Virus record (IMG/VR): IMGVR_UViG_3300048839_001709
Location: 3,604-67,603 of that record
DNA from: a virus
Strand: one strand, 5' to 3'
Length of the DNA stretch: 64,000 bases
Part shown: one piece after another, positions 18,558-28,752 of the stretch
Numbering within the stretch: the first letter of the stretch is position 1
Layout: each line of letters opens with the position of its first letter
The notes under the pieces: model-generated
Seen by the model: only the letters and a program-made list of their open reading frames with translations
What the model was told of the DNA's origin: nothing
Databases searched by the model: none
Translations under genes and position numbers: made by a program

Positions 18558-19433
18558 ATGATTGCATTCAATACTGCGGAAATTCTGGAAACCCGGAAAG
18601 CGATCGCCTCCAAGGTGAAGGAACTGTCCGGCTATGGCACCGATGATTTTTTCAAGGCAGAACGCCTCAATGCTCTGGCGGCCGAGGTCATCATGCCGTG
18701 GGTCGAGCAATCGATTGCATCCGAATCGATTACCGACCTGCTGCTCGAACGTCAACCGAGCAGAAAAGGCGATGTCAAATGGCCGGTCGGTCCGAAGCAC
18801 AAGTCGTTTTACGTCGATGAAAACGGCGACATTCAGGCCAGTCGCTCGCTGAAAAACTACATTACCCCGGAAGGTTACCTGATCGCCACCAAGGTACTGA
18901 TCGACCGTCTCGATTTGGAGCGCGGCGACGTTTCCTCGATCGAGGATCAGGTAAATGCGGCGAAAAACGACATTACCGAAAAGCTGAACACGGCGGCTAC
19001 CAACCTATTGATCGCTGCCGCTTCGGACGACATGAGCGAGGAAACCGCAACCCTGACCGATACGGCGTTCGACACCGTTACCGACCTGATGAACGATGAA
19101 AATCTTCGTCCGGTTCTGATCACCCTTCGCGCCACCCACGGCACCACCATCAAGGGTTGGAGCAATCCGCAAGATGTCGCCGCCGAATTGATGCGCAAGG
19201 GCGTTCAGGGCATGAGCATCAATGGTGCGGTCGTGCAGTACGCTCAGCAGATGCCGACCAATCGCGTCCTGTTCACCGGAGACAAAAAAGCCGGTCGCAT
19301 CCTGGATGAATTTCCGTTGACCGTCGATCCGGTTCAGATCAATGGGATGCAGGTCATCATTCCGATTTTCATCGTGGTGAAAATGGCAGTTTGCAATCCC
19401 GACTGGATCGGCCTGATCAAGCTCACGTCCTAA
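18558..19433 (+). CDS. Major capsid protein (HK97 fold)
   Basis: Strong RBS, ~291 aa, position, C-terminal VCNPDWIGLIKL. Confidence 0.75.
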   Translation: MIAFNTAEILETRKAIASKVKELSGYGTDDFFKAERLNALAAEVIMPWVEQSIASESITDLLLERQPSRKGDVKWPVGPKHKSFYVDENGDIQASRSLKNYITPEGYLIATKVLIDRLDLERGDVSSIEDQVNAAKNDITEKLNTAATNLLIAAASDDMSEETATLTDTAFDTVTDLMNDENLRPVLITLRATHGTTIKGWSNPQDVAAELMRKGVQGMSINGAVVQYAQQMPTNRVLFTGDKKAGRILDEFPLTVDPVQINGMQVIIPIFIVVKMAVCNPDWIGLIKLTS

Positions 19434-19448
19434 GCGGAGAGGGAAGAG

Positions 19449-19862
19449 ATGCTGAAAGTTTACAACCCCGGTCCTTGCAGTTTCATTCTGGTGCGGAAGG
19501 ATATCGGTTTGCCCGATCTGCGAATTCCCGTTGGGGAAATGCGTGAAACCGAAACCTGCCGCGATCTGGAAAAAATGACCAAGATCGGTCGGTTGAAAAT
19601 TCAAAAACAAGAAACGGCTGCGCCGGCGCAAAAACCGACGCAGCCGACAACCATTGCTCCGGTAAATCCGGACGAAATGCGGCCGAGTTTCCGCACTGAT
19701 CCTGAGCCGCAGCCACAGCCGCAACAGGTTTTTCCGGCCAATGGCATGAGAATGTGCATCTCCACGGCAGCCAGCACCGGAAAGCCTTGCCAGAACTACG
19801 CGGTGGAAGGGTCCGAATATTGCCGGATGCACAAACGTCAATTCGAAAAATTGAAGGGTTAG
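19449..19862 (+). CDS. Hypothetical protein with C-terminal C3H Zn finger
   Basis: CISTAASTGKPCQNYAVEGSEYCRMH. Confidence 0.7.
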   Translation: MLKVYNPGPCSFILVRKDIGLPDLRIPVGEMRETETCRDLEKMTKIGRLKIQKQETAAPAQKPTQPTTIAPVNPDEMRPSFRTDPEPQPQPQQVFPANGMRMCISTAASTGKPCQNYAVEGSEYCRMHKRQFEKLKG

Positions 19863-19872
19863 GAGGGCAGCC

Positions 19873-20301
19873 ATGTTGCTGTCCGTGCTGTTTGAAAAAC
19901 TGAAAATCGACACAGGACAATCGAGTTTGCCGTGGAATACGGCTCGGCGCGGATTCGAACGCGGAGCCACGCAGGTCAACAAGGATCTGAAAACGGCATA
20001 CGAGATCAGCGGCAGCACCGAACTAGCAGCGACGATTTCACCGGACCCGACGAAACTGCACGAAGAATTGCTGCTGATTCTGGCCGCTCATTTCCTGGCA
20101 AACATCGATCTGGTGACCTCTTCCAAAATGGTCACGAGTTGGAAAAGCGGCGACAAACAAATTGATAGAAGCCGGCAACTGTTGACCAAGAAAGAGATCA
20201 AAGACGATCTGTGGGCGCTGTACCGGAATCTGGCCGGCCTCGACGACGATCCGGCAATGGTGGCCGGCGAAGCCTACGAACAAGGGAGCGAGGTCGAATA
20301 A
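19873..20301 (+). CDS. Head-tail adaptor
   Basis: Position; LLILAAHFL...SWKSGDKQI pattern. Confidence 0.65.
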   Translation: MLLSVLFEKLKIDTGQSSLPWNTARRGFERGATQVNKDLKTAYEISGSTELAATISPDPTKLHEELLLILAAHFLANIDLVTSSKMVTSWKSGDKQIDRSRQLLTKKEIKDDLWALYRNLAGLDDDPAMVAGEAYEQGSEVE

Positions 20302-20891
20302 TGAGCCGCCTGATTGGTCGAAAATTCATCGTGACCATGACGGCGTTACTCATTTTGGCCGCATCCGGAATTTTGGAATTGTCGGACCAGGCGCTTTATG
20401 TGATCGGCGGAATTGTTTCGGCGTTCATCGGCATCCAGGGATACGTGGATTGGCGCAAAGAAAAAGGAGCGGCAACGAACATGAGCGAATTCGATCTTAC
20501 CGCCGAAGAACAGGCTCAAATCGCAGCCGACTGCGCCGGCATCATCGGCGCCGACAAAACCACCGCAACGGTTTATCGGCCGCAGGGCGAGGGCGCAGGC
20601 GGATTTTGGGGAGCCTCGGAAAGCGAATTCGATCCGATCGATACCATCGCCGTGGATTTCAAGACGCAGCCAAGCAGCGATGTGCTGGAACCGGGCTGCG
20701 ACACCATCGCCGATACCCCCGGCGACCGCTCGCATGATTTTGTGGCCGGCGAAGGCGACGACGAGGAAGCGCTCGGCAAGGGCGATCGCGTTGTAATCAA
20801 AGGCGACAAATACCGCATTCGGCATATTCAGCCATTTTGTATCGGCGGGGTGAACACGTTTACCCGCCTGCAATTGAAAACGGAGAACTAA
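20301..20891 (+). CDS. Holin-like 2-TM segment fused to head-closure protein (second start at 20481)
   Basis: RKFIV...2 TM...GYVDWRK followed in frame by GDRVVIKGDKYRI closure-type domain. Confidence 0.6.
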   Translation: MSRLIGRKFIVTMTALLILAASGILELSDQALYVIGGIVSAFIGIQGYVDWRKEKGAATNMSEFDLTAEEQAQIAADCAGIIGADKTTATVYRPQGEGAGGFWGASESEFDPIDTIAVDFKTQPSSDVLEPGCDTIADTPGDRSHDFVAGEGDDEEALGKGDRVVIKGDKYRIRHIQPFCIGGVNTFTRLQLKTEN

Positions 20892-20894
20892 GTC

Positions 20895-21488
20895 ATGGGT
20901 TTTTCAGTCGACGCAAAAATCAAAGGCGCGAATTACACGGAGAAACAACTCCGTGCGATCGGGCGATTTTTGCCGACCGAAATTCACAGGGCTTTGAAAA
21001 ATACCGTAGTAACCGTCGAAGCGTTCGCAAAAATGCGCGCCCCAGTTGGAAAGACAAATTCAAGCGATCATCAAACTCGGGTTTCTGTAAAAGGCGATAT
21101 TCTAACTCCAACTGTAGGTGTTGTCGGCACCAATCAGGCGGCGGCAATGGCGATCGATCAGGGCGCTCGGCCGCACGACATCAAGCCGCGAAACGCGCGC
21201 GCTCTGGCCATTCCAATTCAAGATGACAAGGGGAGTTATGAATCTCTTTCGCGAACAAGAAACAAACGCGGAGAAGGTCGTAAATATAGAAAGATTAAAT
21301 ATAAGGACGCTTCGAATGCTCCGAACAAACGTCATCTTGATGTTAAATTTTATTTCACGAAACGCGTAAAACACCCTGGTAAAAAAGCGCAGCCTTTTTT
21401 GACCCCTGCCGCTAAATTTGCGGACCAGGTGGCGGTGCGCGAAGGCAATAAAGCCGTCGATAGGGCCATTGGTCGGGGGAAGGCATGA
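20895..21488 (+). CDS. HK97 gp10-like tail completion protein
   Basis: APV, GARPHDIKPRNARAL, VKHPGKKAQPFLTPA. Confidence 0.8.
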   Translation: MGFSVDAKIKGANYTEKQLRAIGRFLPTEIHRALKNTVVTVEAFAKMRAPVGKTNSSDHQTRVSVKGDILTPTVGVVGTNQAAAMAIDQGARPHDIKPRNARALAIPIQDDKGSYESLSRTRNKRGEGRKYRKIKYKDASNAPNKRHLDVKFYFTKRVKHPGKKAQPFLTPAAKFADQVAVREGNKAVDRAIGRGKA

Positions 21489-22036
21489 GCATCATTCGCG
21501 CCGTGGGAGCAGTGATTACCGATCGCATCGGCGTGGATACGTTCGTCGACGAATCGGCCCACCGCTACGGCGTGAAACCCATTGTCGAGATCTCGCAGAC
21601 GGATGGAAAAACGCAAAACACCGGCATCGGTCGACGCAGCTATACCCGCTGGGTAAACGGCGTACCGACGCATTTTATAAAGCGGTTGAACGAGACGGAA
21701 ACCATTCAGCTTACCGCCATTGCCGAGGCCAATGAAAACGGTTCGTCGGCAAAAAACTGCGTGGCGCTGATGAACCAAATCCGCGAGGACTTTTTGCAAA
21801 TCAGCTACGGCAATACGCCGGTAGCTTTCGTCGATCCCGATACCGAACTGGATATGAACGTAATGCGCACGAAAATCAAAGTGGATACCGTGCGCGGCCC
21901 GATTTTGAACACCACGCGGGGAAAAATGACACACGAAGCAACGCTGATGATTTCGGTCCCATACCGGATTCGGATCGCAACCCCGGTAACACGGGTGATC
22001 GAACACGTCGACATCATCCACGAGGTAGCAAACTGA
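21485..22036 (+). CDS. Tail terminator-like protein
   Basis: Position between gp10 and sheath. Confidence 0.55.
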   Translation: MSIIRAVGAVITDRIGVDTFVDESAHRYGVKPIVEISQTDGKTQNTGIGRRSYTRWVNGVPTHFIKRLNETETIQLTAIAEANENGSSAKNCVALMNQIREDFLQISYGNTPVAFVDPDTELDMNVMRTKIKVDTVRGPILNTTRGKMTHEATLMISVPYRIRIATPVTRVIEHVDIIHEVAN

Positions 22037-22290
22037 TGGCACGAAGAAAAGCAATAAAAGCGGAAAAGGCCGTTGCTCCGATCATGGAAATGCAACCGAA
22101 ATTCGCCGAAGAAAAACCGGTTGCGGCCAAGAAAATCGTCAAACGGCCTTTTGCCAATTTCGTAAAAAAACACGGCGTCGGCGGCACGGAAGCGGCGGCG
22201 TTGAAAGCAATATTGCCCGTCGATCCGGACGGCTTGATTACCGAAAAAGAATTCACCGAAGGCCGCGCCAAATGGCGGCGGGAGGGATAA
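22036..22290 (+). CDS. Hypothetical protein
   Basis: Translational coupling; small pre-sheath gene. Confidence 0.6.
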   Translation: MARRKAIKAEKAVAPIMEMQPKFAEEKPVAAKKIVKRPFANFVKKHGVGGTEAAALKAILPVDPDGLITEKEFTEGRAKWRREG

Positions 22291-22293
22291 GCC

Positions 22294-23766
22294 ATGGGTG
22301 AGAATAAATTTACGACCAGGTATCAGGACAATTATCAGTCGGCCGCCAGCGCAGGCGGCGAAAACGTTTTGACCATCGTCGGCCTGGCCAGCGACGGCCC
22401 GATTGGCGAGATTCAAAGTTTTTCCGGCATGGCCGGCGTGGCATCCTGCGAAGCGGTGTTCGGTGAAGGCGGCACATTGCCGCGAGCCGTGCGGCGGGCG
22501 ATCGAGGCTGTAACCAACGCCACCGAAGGCAATCCGATCCAGGTCAATGCAATGCGCGTCGGGAGCGGTTACGCAATGGCTTCGATATCGTTGCTCAACG
22601 ATTCCACCGCCGAAGTCTGCATGACCATCGCTTACGATTATGCCGGAATCGATGGCAACGAATGGCAATGCAAGGTCGAAAAAGACGACGAAGCCGAGGA
22701 ATACGTTGTCACCCTGCGGCGCGGCACCGATGGAACTGCGGTTCAGTTCACCGGTTCCACGGCCGGCGAAGGCGCCACTCCGGTGGAAGAATTGGTCGAG
22801 GCGATCAATGCGGGGGGTTTGGGCCTGACTGCAACTTTGGTTAGCGAAGACAAGCTGCTGGAGATCGACTACACCTCGTTCACCGGTGGCTTGGACGGCA
22901 CGTTGACCAATGCCCAGGCTATTCTGGCCATGCAAATTCTGGAAAGCAAAAAGTACATGAATTTTTACGTCGTCGGCTGGAAGGGAACGGGCGACGATGG
23001 CGCGGCGGTTCGGGCTGCATTGAACACCCACTGCAACAGCCAGCTTTCCGAACGCGACTGCGAACGGTTCGCCTTCGTCGAGGCGGAAGATTTCTCCAGC
23101 GTCTATCCGTTCCCGCACCCGTCCTGGTACACCGACATGGCTACCTGGGCAAGCGGCATTGCGACCTCGTTGACCGGCGTGGACATGAAAAACCTGATCA
23201 TGTTCGCGGGCGGGAAAACCTACACCGATGGCGCCGGAACCGAGTACGAAGCGAACGTTGCGGCGGAAGCTGCGGCTTTGTGGCTGGCGCTGCCGATCAA
23301 TCGTTCGATGATCAACGTGCAGGTGCCCAACACGGTCGAGGACGATCTTGCGCCGAACATTCCCGCCGCGTATCGCGCTATTCTGGCCGATGCGCGTTGC
23401 AACTACATGCGTTTCGAGGATGAAAATCGCGGCGTGATCATCGCCAATGACCGGACCTTGGCCGCGACGACCAGCGACTACAAATACGTGGACATCCTGC
23501 GCACGCAATACACCTGCGGCCAGGAAGCCCGCATTGCCGGGAAACCGGCCTGGGGCAAACCCGACGATGGAAAGGGGAGCGGACTGGATACCATGAAAGA
23601 CCTGATGGAATCCACGCTGGACCGCACTCGCGTAGGAAAAACCATCGTGGCCGTGAAGGTAACACCCGAATTCGTGGACGACGATAACGTCGAAGCGACG
23701 ATGGCCGTCACTCACTATCGGACCATGCGGTCGGTGGACCATGTGGTTCATGTGGAAAGGAGCTAA
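22294..23766 (+). CDS. Contractile tail sheath protein
   Basis: IVGLASDGP, YAGIDGN, FTGGLDG, NDRTL...YVDILR. Confidence 0.88.
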   Translation: MGENKFTTRYQDNYQSAASAGGENVLTIVGLASDGPIGEIQSFSGMAGVASCEAVFGEGGTLPRAVRRAIEAVTNATEGNPIQVNAMRVGSGYAMASISLLNDSTAEVCMTIAYDYAGIDGNEWQCKVEKDDEAEEYVVTLRRGTDGTAVQFTGSTAGEGATPVEELVEAINAGGLGLTATLVSEDKLLEIDYTSFTGGLDGTLTNAQAILAMQILESKKYMNFYVVGWKGTGDDGAAVRAALNTHCNSQLSERDCERFAFVEAEDFSSVYPFPHPSWYTDMATWASGIATSLTGVDMKNLIMFAGGKTYTDGAGTEYEANVAAEAAALWLALPINRSMINVQVPNTVEDDLAPNIPAAYRAILADARCNYMRFEDENRGVIIANDRTLAATTSDYKYVDILRTQYTCGQEARIAGKPAWGKPDDGKGSGLDTMKDLMESTLDRTRVGKTIVAVKVTPEFVDDDNVEATMAVTHYRTMRSVDHVVHVERS

Positions 23767-23769
23767 CCA

Positions 23770-24255
23770 ATGTCTGAAGTATACGATTATGATTTCGATG
23801 ATGGCATTGCCGGCGACGATGTCGACCTTTCCATCGTGACTCCGGACGGCCAGGAAATACCGATTTACACTGTGACGGACTTTTCCTGGAAGCTGTCGCA
23901 GAAAAAAGACCGCAAACCGCCGATGGGGAGCAAGGGCAAAACCCGCCGCGTTCGGTACAAGAAGACCTACGAAGGTTCGCTGAAAATCGAAGAAGCGAAC
24001 CATGCGTTCCTGGAAAAGGTGGAAGACCTGACTCCCGGCCGCACACCGAACAACGACGAATTCAATATCGGCGAGCAAACGGTGAAGGATTTGTGCGACC
24101 TGCGCAACCTGGTCATTCGCATGAAAATGCCGGATGGCCGCATTCGCCGGTTCTACAACGTGGAATTCGACGAGGTTAGCGGTTCGGCGGCGATGGATTC
24201 TCCGGTGGGGATGGACCTCAACTGGACGGCCACGGAAGCCAAGGGTCTGTACTAA
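23770..24255 (+). CDS. Tail tube protein
   Basis: Follows sheath; ~160 aa; YEGSLKI. Confidence 0.8.
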   Translation: MSEVYDYDFDDGIAGDDVDLSIVTPDGQEIPIYTVTDFSWKLSQKKDRKPPMGSKGKTRRVRYKKTYEGSLKIEEANHAFLEKVEDLTPGRTPNNDEFNIGEQTVKDLCDLRNLVIRMKMPDGRIRRFYNVEFDEVSGSAAMDSPVGMDLNWTATEAKGLY

Positions 24256-24282
24256 TAATTTTGCAACAAGGAGAAGTGATCG

Positions 24283-24750
24283 ATGAGCCCCGATGAAAAA
24301 GTGATCGAATTGACCGAAGAGGAAAAAGGTTTCGACGAAACGCGAAACGATATCGAAGAACACGTATCGGCCTACGTTGCCGATGAAGAAGAAGCGAAGC
24401 GAATCGTCGAAGAGGCAATGGCCGCAATCGCGGAAGGGAAGCAGAAGTTCCCGAAACGCACGATCTTCCTGGTGAAAATTCCCGACAACCAGTTCCCATT
24501 TGTGTGTCGGACCGGCTCGTTTAGCGAAAGCATCCGGTTTGCCAGTGCGTTGGAAAAAATGAAATCCGGCGCGGCCATGGAAATGAACGCGGCGACGTTC
24601 GTGGCGAAGCATGTGCTTTCGCCGAAATTGACCGTCGACAACGTGATTAATGGTTCGGATCAGATCAAGGATGGCGACGGAATCCGGCTGTTTTCCGCGA
24701 TCATGAAGAAGTCGGGCGGCGGTGACGAAACCGAAATAAAAAACGTATAG
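24283..24750 (+). CDS. Tail assembly chaperone (G)
   Basis: Between tube and tape measure; ends at slippery A AAA AAC. Confidence 0.75.
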   Translation: MSPDEKVIELTEEEKGFDETRNDIEEHVSAYVADEEEAKRIVEEAMAAIAEGKQKFPKRTIFLVKIPDNQFPFVCRTGSFSESIRFASALEKMKSGAAMEMNAATFVAKHVLSPKLTVDNVINGSDQIKDGDGIRLFSAIMKKSGGGDETEIKNV

Positions 24751-24950
24751 CCGCCGCGAAACGGCAGTTGGGATGGTACCAACTCGTTCGCGGCAGATTG
24801 GCTCATTACTGGCCCGGTCTGCGATTGCCGGAAATAGACCGGATGGGAATCGAAGAGATTTGCGAGCACATAGCGACGATCGAGAAACTGGAAGAATTGA
24901 AAGCCGAAGCGGGAAAGCAAAACAAAACGCCCCCTCGGCGGAAAAGATGA
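24738..24950 (+). CDS. -1 frameshift extension of the tail chaperone (GT)
   Basis: Heptamer AAAAAAC 24738-24744 opens into the -1 frame ORF ending at 24950. Confidence 0.7.
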   Translation, partial: KKRIAAAKRQLGWYQLVRGRLAHYWPGLRLPEIDRMGIEEICEHIATIEKLEELKAEAGKQNKTPPRRKR

Positions 24951-24960
24951 GAAGCAAACC

Positions 24961-27276
24961 ATGTTCGGACTCGGCGGCGGATTTTTACACCAGATCAAGA
25001 TAAGTCTTGTCGGTGAAAATGCGCTTTCGGGTCCGATCAAATCCGCGATAGGCGACCTCGAAAAACTTCAAGGCTCAGTCAATAAACTGAAATCCATCGG
25101 TAAAACGATGATGATAGCCGGCGGCGTCATGGCTGCCGCAATGATTCTCCCGGCCAAGGGTGCAATCGATCTTGAAGCCGGTATGATCGATGTCAGAAAA
25201 ACGACAAATCTTACTATGGAGGACATCAATTCCGGCATTGCCGGTCTTGTCGATAAAAAAATACCAACCGCAGTCGACGGTTTGAGTAAAATTGCCGCTA
25301 CTGCCGGCCAGTTGGGAATCAAAGGAAAAGAGAATATTTTTGCATTTACGGAAGAGGTTGCAAAAATCGAAGCAGTCAGCGACTTGGCTGCGGACGAGGC
25401 TGCAACCGCCTTTGCGCAATTTTCGAATGTTTTCGATCTTGGCGTGATGAAGGTTGGAAACATGGGTTCGGCAGTCAACGAACTGTCGAATAACACAACC
25501 GCAACTGCTCGATTTATTACCGAAAGCATGGCGCGTATTGGGCGACCGATCGACAGTCTTACCTTCGATCATTTGGCAGGTTTAGCCGCAACCATCAGCG
25601 ATGTCGGTTTGGGAGCGGAACGCGGCGGTACTGCGTTTAGAAATATTTTTACTCGGATGCAAACCCAAGCTGCCGACACCGCCAAAGTAATGGGGGTATC
25701 AACGAATCAGTGGGCAGAAACTGTTCAAAAAGACGGCATGGGAGCGTTCATTTCCCTATTGGAAAAACTGCGTGAAGTCGATGCCACGTCGCGGACTACA
25801 ACGATTGCATCGATATTCGGCGAAATGTCCGTGGTTCCCATCCAAAAAATGGTGAACAAGATCGATTTATTAAAAAACAACTTGTCGATGGCAAACAATG
25901 CCTTCGATGATAATGTGAGTCTTAATAAGGAACTTGAAAATGTCATGGAAGGCGCTGGCGCGCAACTAACCGTATTCCTGAATCAAATGAAATTACTGTT
26001 GGCGAGCATCGGAAAAGTGCTGCTGCCGCCGTTGAATGCAATTCTCGCCGTTATCGGTCCGATTGTTAGCTGGTTCCGAGATTTTTCAGAAGCGCATCCG
26101 ATTATAACCGGTGTTGTGGTTGGAACCTGGTTATTGATTTCCGCCATTTTGATTTTGGGTGGCATGGCCCTCTGGATGGCCGGTATGATGGCATCGGCCA
26201 TGCTGTCGATTCAACTGCTTTCGCTTTCCGAGATGAGTGCGGTCGGTACGACAAACCTACTGAAAATGAGCCTGGTTCACTTGAAAACGGCGCTGATCGG
26301 CGTTGGTCGGGCAATGATTACTTTGCTGGCCAATCCCGTTGTGCTGGCAATCGTCGCGATCGCAGCCTTGGCCTACGGCATTTACCTGCTGATTAAACAT
26401 TGGGATGAAGTGAAGGCGGCTTTTGCTCCCCTGATTTCAATGATCGCCGATGGTTTTACTTGGCTCTACAACTGGTTCAAGGGATGGATCGGCGATTGGT
26501 GGTATGTCGTCCTGCTGGGATTGACCGGCCCGATCGGTCTGGCTATCGGCTTGATCATCAAATATTGGGATGTGATCGTGGCCGCATTCGATACGGCCTG
26601 GGGCTGGATCAAAGGCGTTTTCGCTTCGGCCTGGAAATGGATAATTGCGTTTTGGGCCGAGTGGAAAACGGTTTTCATCGGCGCGATCTTCGGCCCGTTC
26701 GGTATCGCCTGGGGTCTGATCGTCAAATATTGGGAACAGATCAAGGGCGTTTTCGCCGCTGCGAAGGATTGGATTATCGGCAAGTTTACCGAGGTATGGG
26801 ATTGGGTTGCCGGTCTGCCGGGACGATTCTATGCGGCAGGCGCGGGCCTGATCGATGCTTTCAAAAACGGGATGCTCGCCCGTTGGGAAGCTTTCAAAGC
26901 GCCGTTCGTGAAAATGATCGCTTGGATTCGGGACAATTTGACCGGTTCGGATGCCAAGCGCGGTCCGTTGTCCGATCTGACACGCAGCGGTCAAGCCTTT
27001 TTCCCCACATTTGCCAAGGGCATGGAGCAGGGCTTCCCTCGTGCCAAGCAGACCGTGGAAGCGGGCATGTTGGGTCTGGCTCCGGTGTCCAATTCCACCG
27101 TGAACGAGGGCAATACGACCAGCAATAAATCGGCCAGCAAATCGGTGACGATTCAGTTGGGCGATATCCACATCAAATCCGACAATCCCGACGAAGCGCT
27201 GAAAGATTTCAAGGCCAAGTTGAGAACAGTGCTCGAAGAGTTGGGCGTCGAACTGACAGCAGGAGCGGAGGCGTAG
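24961..27276 (+). CDS. Tape measure protein (TP901-type)
   Basis: MIDVRKT, AGQLGI, GGTAFRN; Trp-periodic repeats; SDAKRGPLSDLTRSG. Confidence 0.92.
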   Translation: MFGLGGGFLHQIKISLVGENALSGPIKSAIGDLEKLQGSVNKLKSIGKTMMIAGGVMAAAMILPAKGAIDLEAGMIDVRKTTNLTMEDINSGIAGLVDKKIPTAVDGLSKIAATAGQLGIKGKENIFAFTEEVAKIEAVSDLAADEAATAFAQFSNVFDLGVMKVGNMGSAVNELSNNTTATARFITESMARIGRPIDSLTFDHLAGLAATISDVGLGAERGGTAFRNIFTRMQTQAADTAKVMGVSTNQWAETVQKDGMGAFISLLEKLREVDATSRTTTIASIFGEMSVVPIQKMVNKIDLLKNNLSMANNAFDDNVSLNKELENVMEGAGAQLTVFLNQMKLLLASIGKVLLPPLNAILAVIGPIVSWFRDFSEAHPIITGVVVGTWLLISAILILGGMALWMAGMMASAMLSIQLLSLSEMSAVGTTNLLKMSLVHLKTALIGVGRAMITLLANPVVLAIVAIAALAYGIYLLIKHWDEVKAAFAPLISMIADGFTWLYNWFKGWIGDWWYVVLLGLTGPIGLAIGLIIKYWDVIVAAFDTAWGWIKGVFASAWKWIIAFWAEWKTVFIGAIFGPFGIAWGLIVKYWEQIKGVFAAAKDWIIGKFTEVWDWVAGLPGRFYAAGAGLIDAFKNGMLARWEAFKAPFVKMIAWIRDNLTGSDAKRGPLSDLTRSGQAFFPTFAKGMEQGFPRAKQTVEAGMLGLAPVSNSTVNEGNTTSNKSASKSVTIQLGDIHIKSDNPDEALKDFKAKLRTVLEELGVELTAGAEA

Positions 27277-27285
27277 TAAGCCAAT

Positions 27286-27984
27286 ATGGTGAATCCGTAT
27301 GACGATGAAGTCCTGTTCAATCTCTGCGAAGTGACGCGGGGATCGGTCGGAACGAACGGCTTGGACACTTCCGCCCCGCAGCCGAATTACGGCAAAATTC
27401 TTTTTGCGTTTCCCCCTGCCGGTCCGGTCAACGTGAAAAGGCAGGCGAATTACAGCGAGAAAGAAAACAAGAGCAGCGGTGCAACCATTGTCGAGGACAA
27501 GAAAATCGACAAGCCGGTGGAAATTAGCTTCCAAATCGATTTGTTGACCGACGACGAACCGGACGAAAACGGCAATCAGTTTTCCGCGCTGGAAAAAGCC
27601 AAGGCGATCGAGGCAATTTTTCTTTCCCGCGACAGCAGTGGCCGGAGAATCATCTACGCGCCGCAATACCCGGAAGTGGCCGAAGACGTGCAATTCGTTT
27701 TCGTCGCCGCTTTGGATTTCAACGACACGCTCGAAGCCGATTTGATTTCCATGCGGATCACGCTACGCCAATGGATGTATAACCCGCCGAAGAAAACGGG
27801 CGGGGGAAGCGGATCGGGAGCAAGTGATTCAGATGAAAATGTAATCGATGGAAATATCGATGCGTATTGGGATGCAATGCAGGATGCAATAGAAAAAAAG
27901 GTCGAGGCAGAAATGCAGGCTGATCCGGCAACAAGAAATTCTGAAGTATTGATGAATATTAAAACGAGTTTTGGGGCTTTTTAG
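27286..27984 (+). CDS. Tail tube initiator-like protein
   Basis: Position after tape measure. Confidence 0.55.
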   Translation: MVNPYDDEVLFNLCEVTRGSVGTNGLDTSAPQPNYGKILFAFPPAGPVNVKRQANYSEKENKSSGATIVEDKKIDKPVEISFQIDLLTDDEPDENGNQFSALEKAKAIEAIFLSRDSSGRRIIYAPQYPEVAEDVQFVFVAALDFNDTLEADLISMRITLRQWMYNPPKKTGGGSGSGASDSDENVIDGNIDAYWDAMQDAIEKKVEAEMQADPATRNSEVLMNIKTSFGAF

Positions 27985-28752
27985 ATGTATGCCATTTCCG
28001 ACTTAACCAATATTTCCGGCGTCGAAGCAATCGACGCGATGCGAAAGCTGGACATTTCCGCTGCCGTGGCCCTGCGCCCGCGCGTGTGCCGGTTGACCCT
28101 GCATGATTGCGACGATTCGATAACCAATGCGGCAGTTGCCGGGGCCGATCTGCAATTTTCTTGGGAATTCAGCAAAACAGGAACGACTCTGTTTACCGGC
28201 ACAATCGAAACCGTCCGCTATCCCGAAATCGAAACGGTGGAGTTGGTCGGCTTCGATTCTTTCCGTAAATTGCAAAACGAGAAATTGACCATTACCCAGG
28301 TCAATCAAACCCCCGCCGAAATGCTGCGCACCCTGGTTGGGCAGCAGCTTGGTTTACCGGTCGACGGCATCGAGGACTACCCGGACCTGCTGGACAAATT
28401 GCCGATGCACCGCATGACCGTGGTGGATGCGATCAAATACATCCACCAGCGAATGCGCCTTTCGCATGATTGCTATTTCGACGAGGACAACGTTTTCGTG
28501 TGGCAGGCGCGAAATTACGACCAGGAACCGGTTTACAATTTCCAGGTCGGCTACGATGCCGACGATTTCAGTTTGGAAAAGAAATCGTTCACCACGATGG
28601 CCGTTCCCCTGCGCCTGAGCCAGGTGGTCACCGTTCTCGATCGCCACGAAACCTTGCACACGCTTTTCGTCACCGGTCTGCATTATCACAATGCCGATAA
28701 TTGGTCGCGGACCGATGTATTTTTCGAAAAAGCGCCGGAAGAAAATGAGTAG
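27985..28752 (+). CDS. Baseplate hub protein (gpD/gp27-like)
   Basis: LFTGTIETV, VGFD; position. Confidence 0.65.
   Translation: MYAISDLTNISGVEAIDAMRKLDISAAVALRPRVCRLTLHDCDDSITNAAVAGADLQFSWEFSKTGTTLFTGTIETVRYPEIETVELVGFDSFRKLQNEKLTITQVNQTPAEMLRTLVGQQLGLPVDGIEDYPDLLDKLPMHRMTVVDAIKYIHQRMRLSHDCYFDEDNVFVWQARNYDQEPVYNFQVGYDADDFSLEKKSFTTMAVPLRLSQVVTVLDRHETLHTLFVTGLHYHNADNWSRTDVFFEKAPEENE

Noticed and set aside
16844-18613. 589-aa minus-strand ORF
   Set aside because: Antisense shadow of head genes
21805-24957. 1050-aa minus-strand ORF
   Set aside because: Antisense shadow of sheath, tube and chaperone genes caused by codon bias; no recognisable domain
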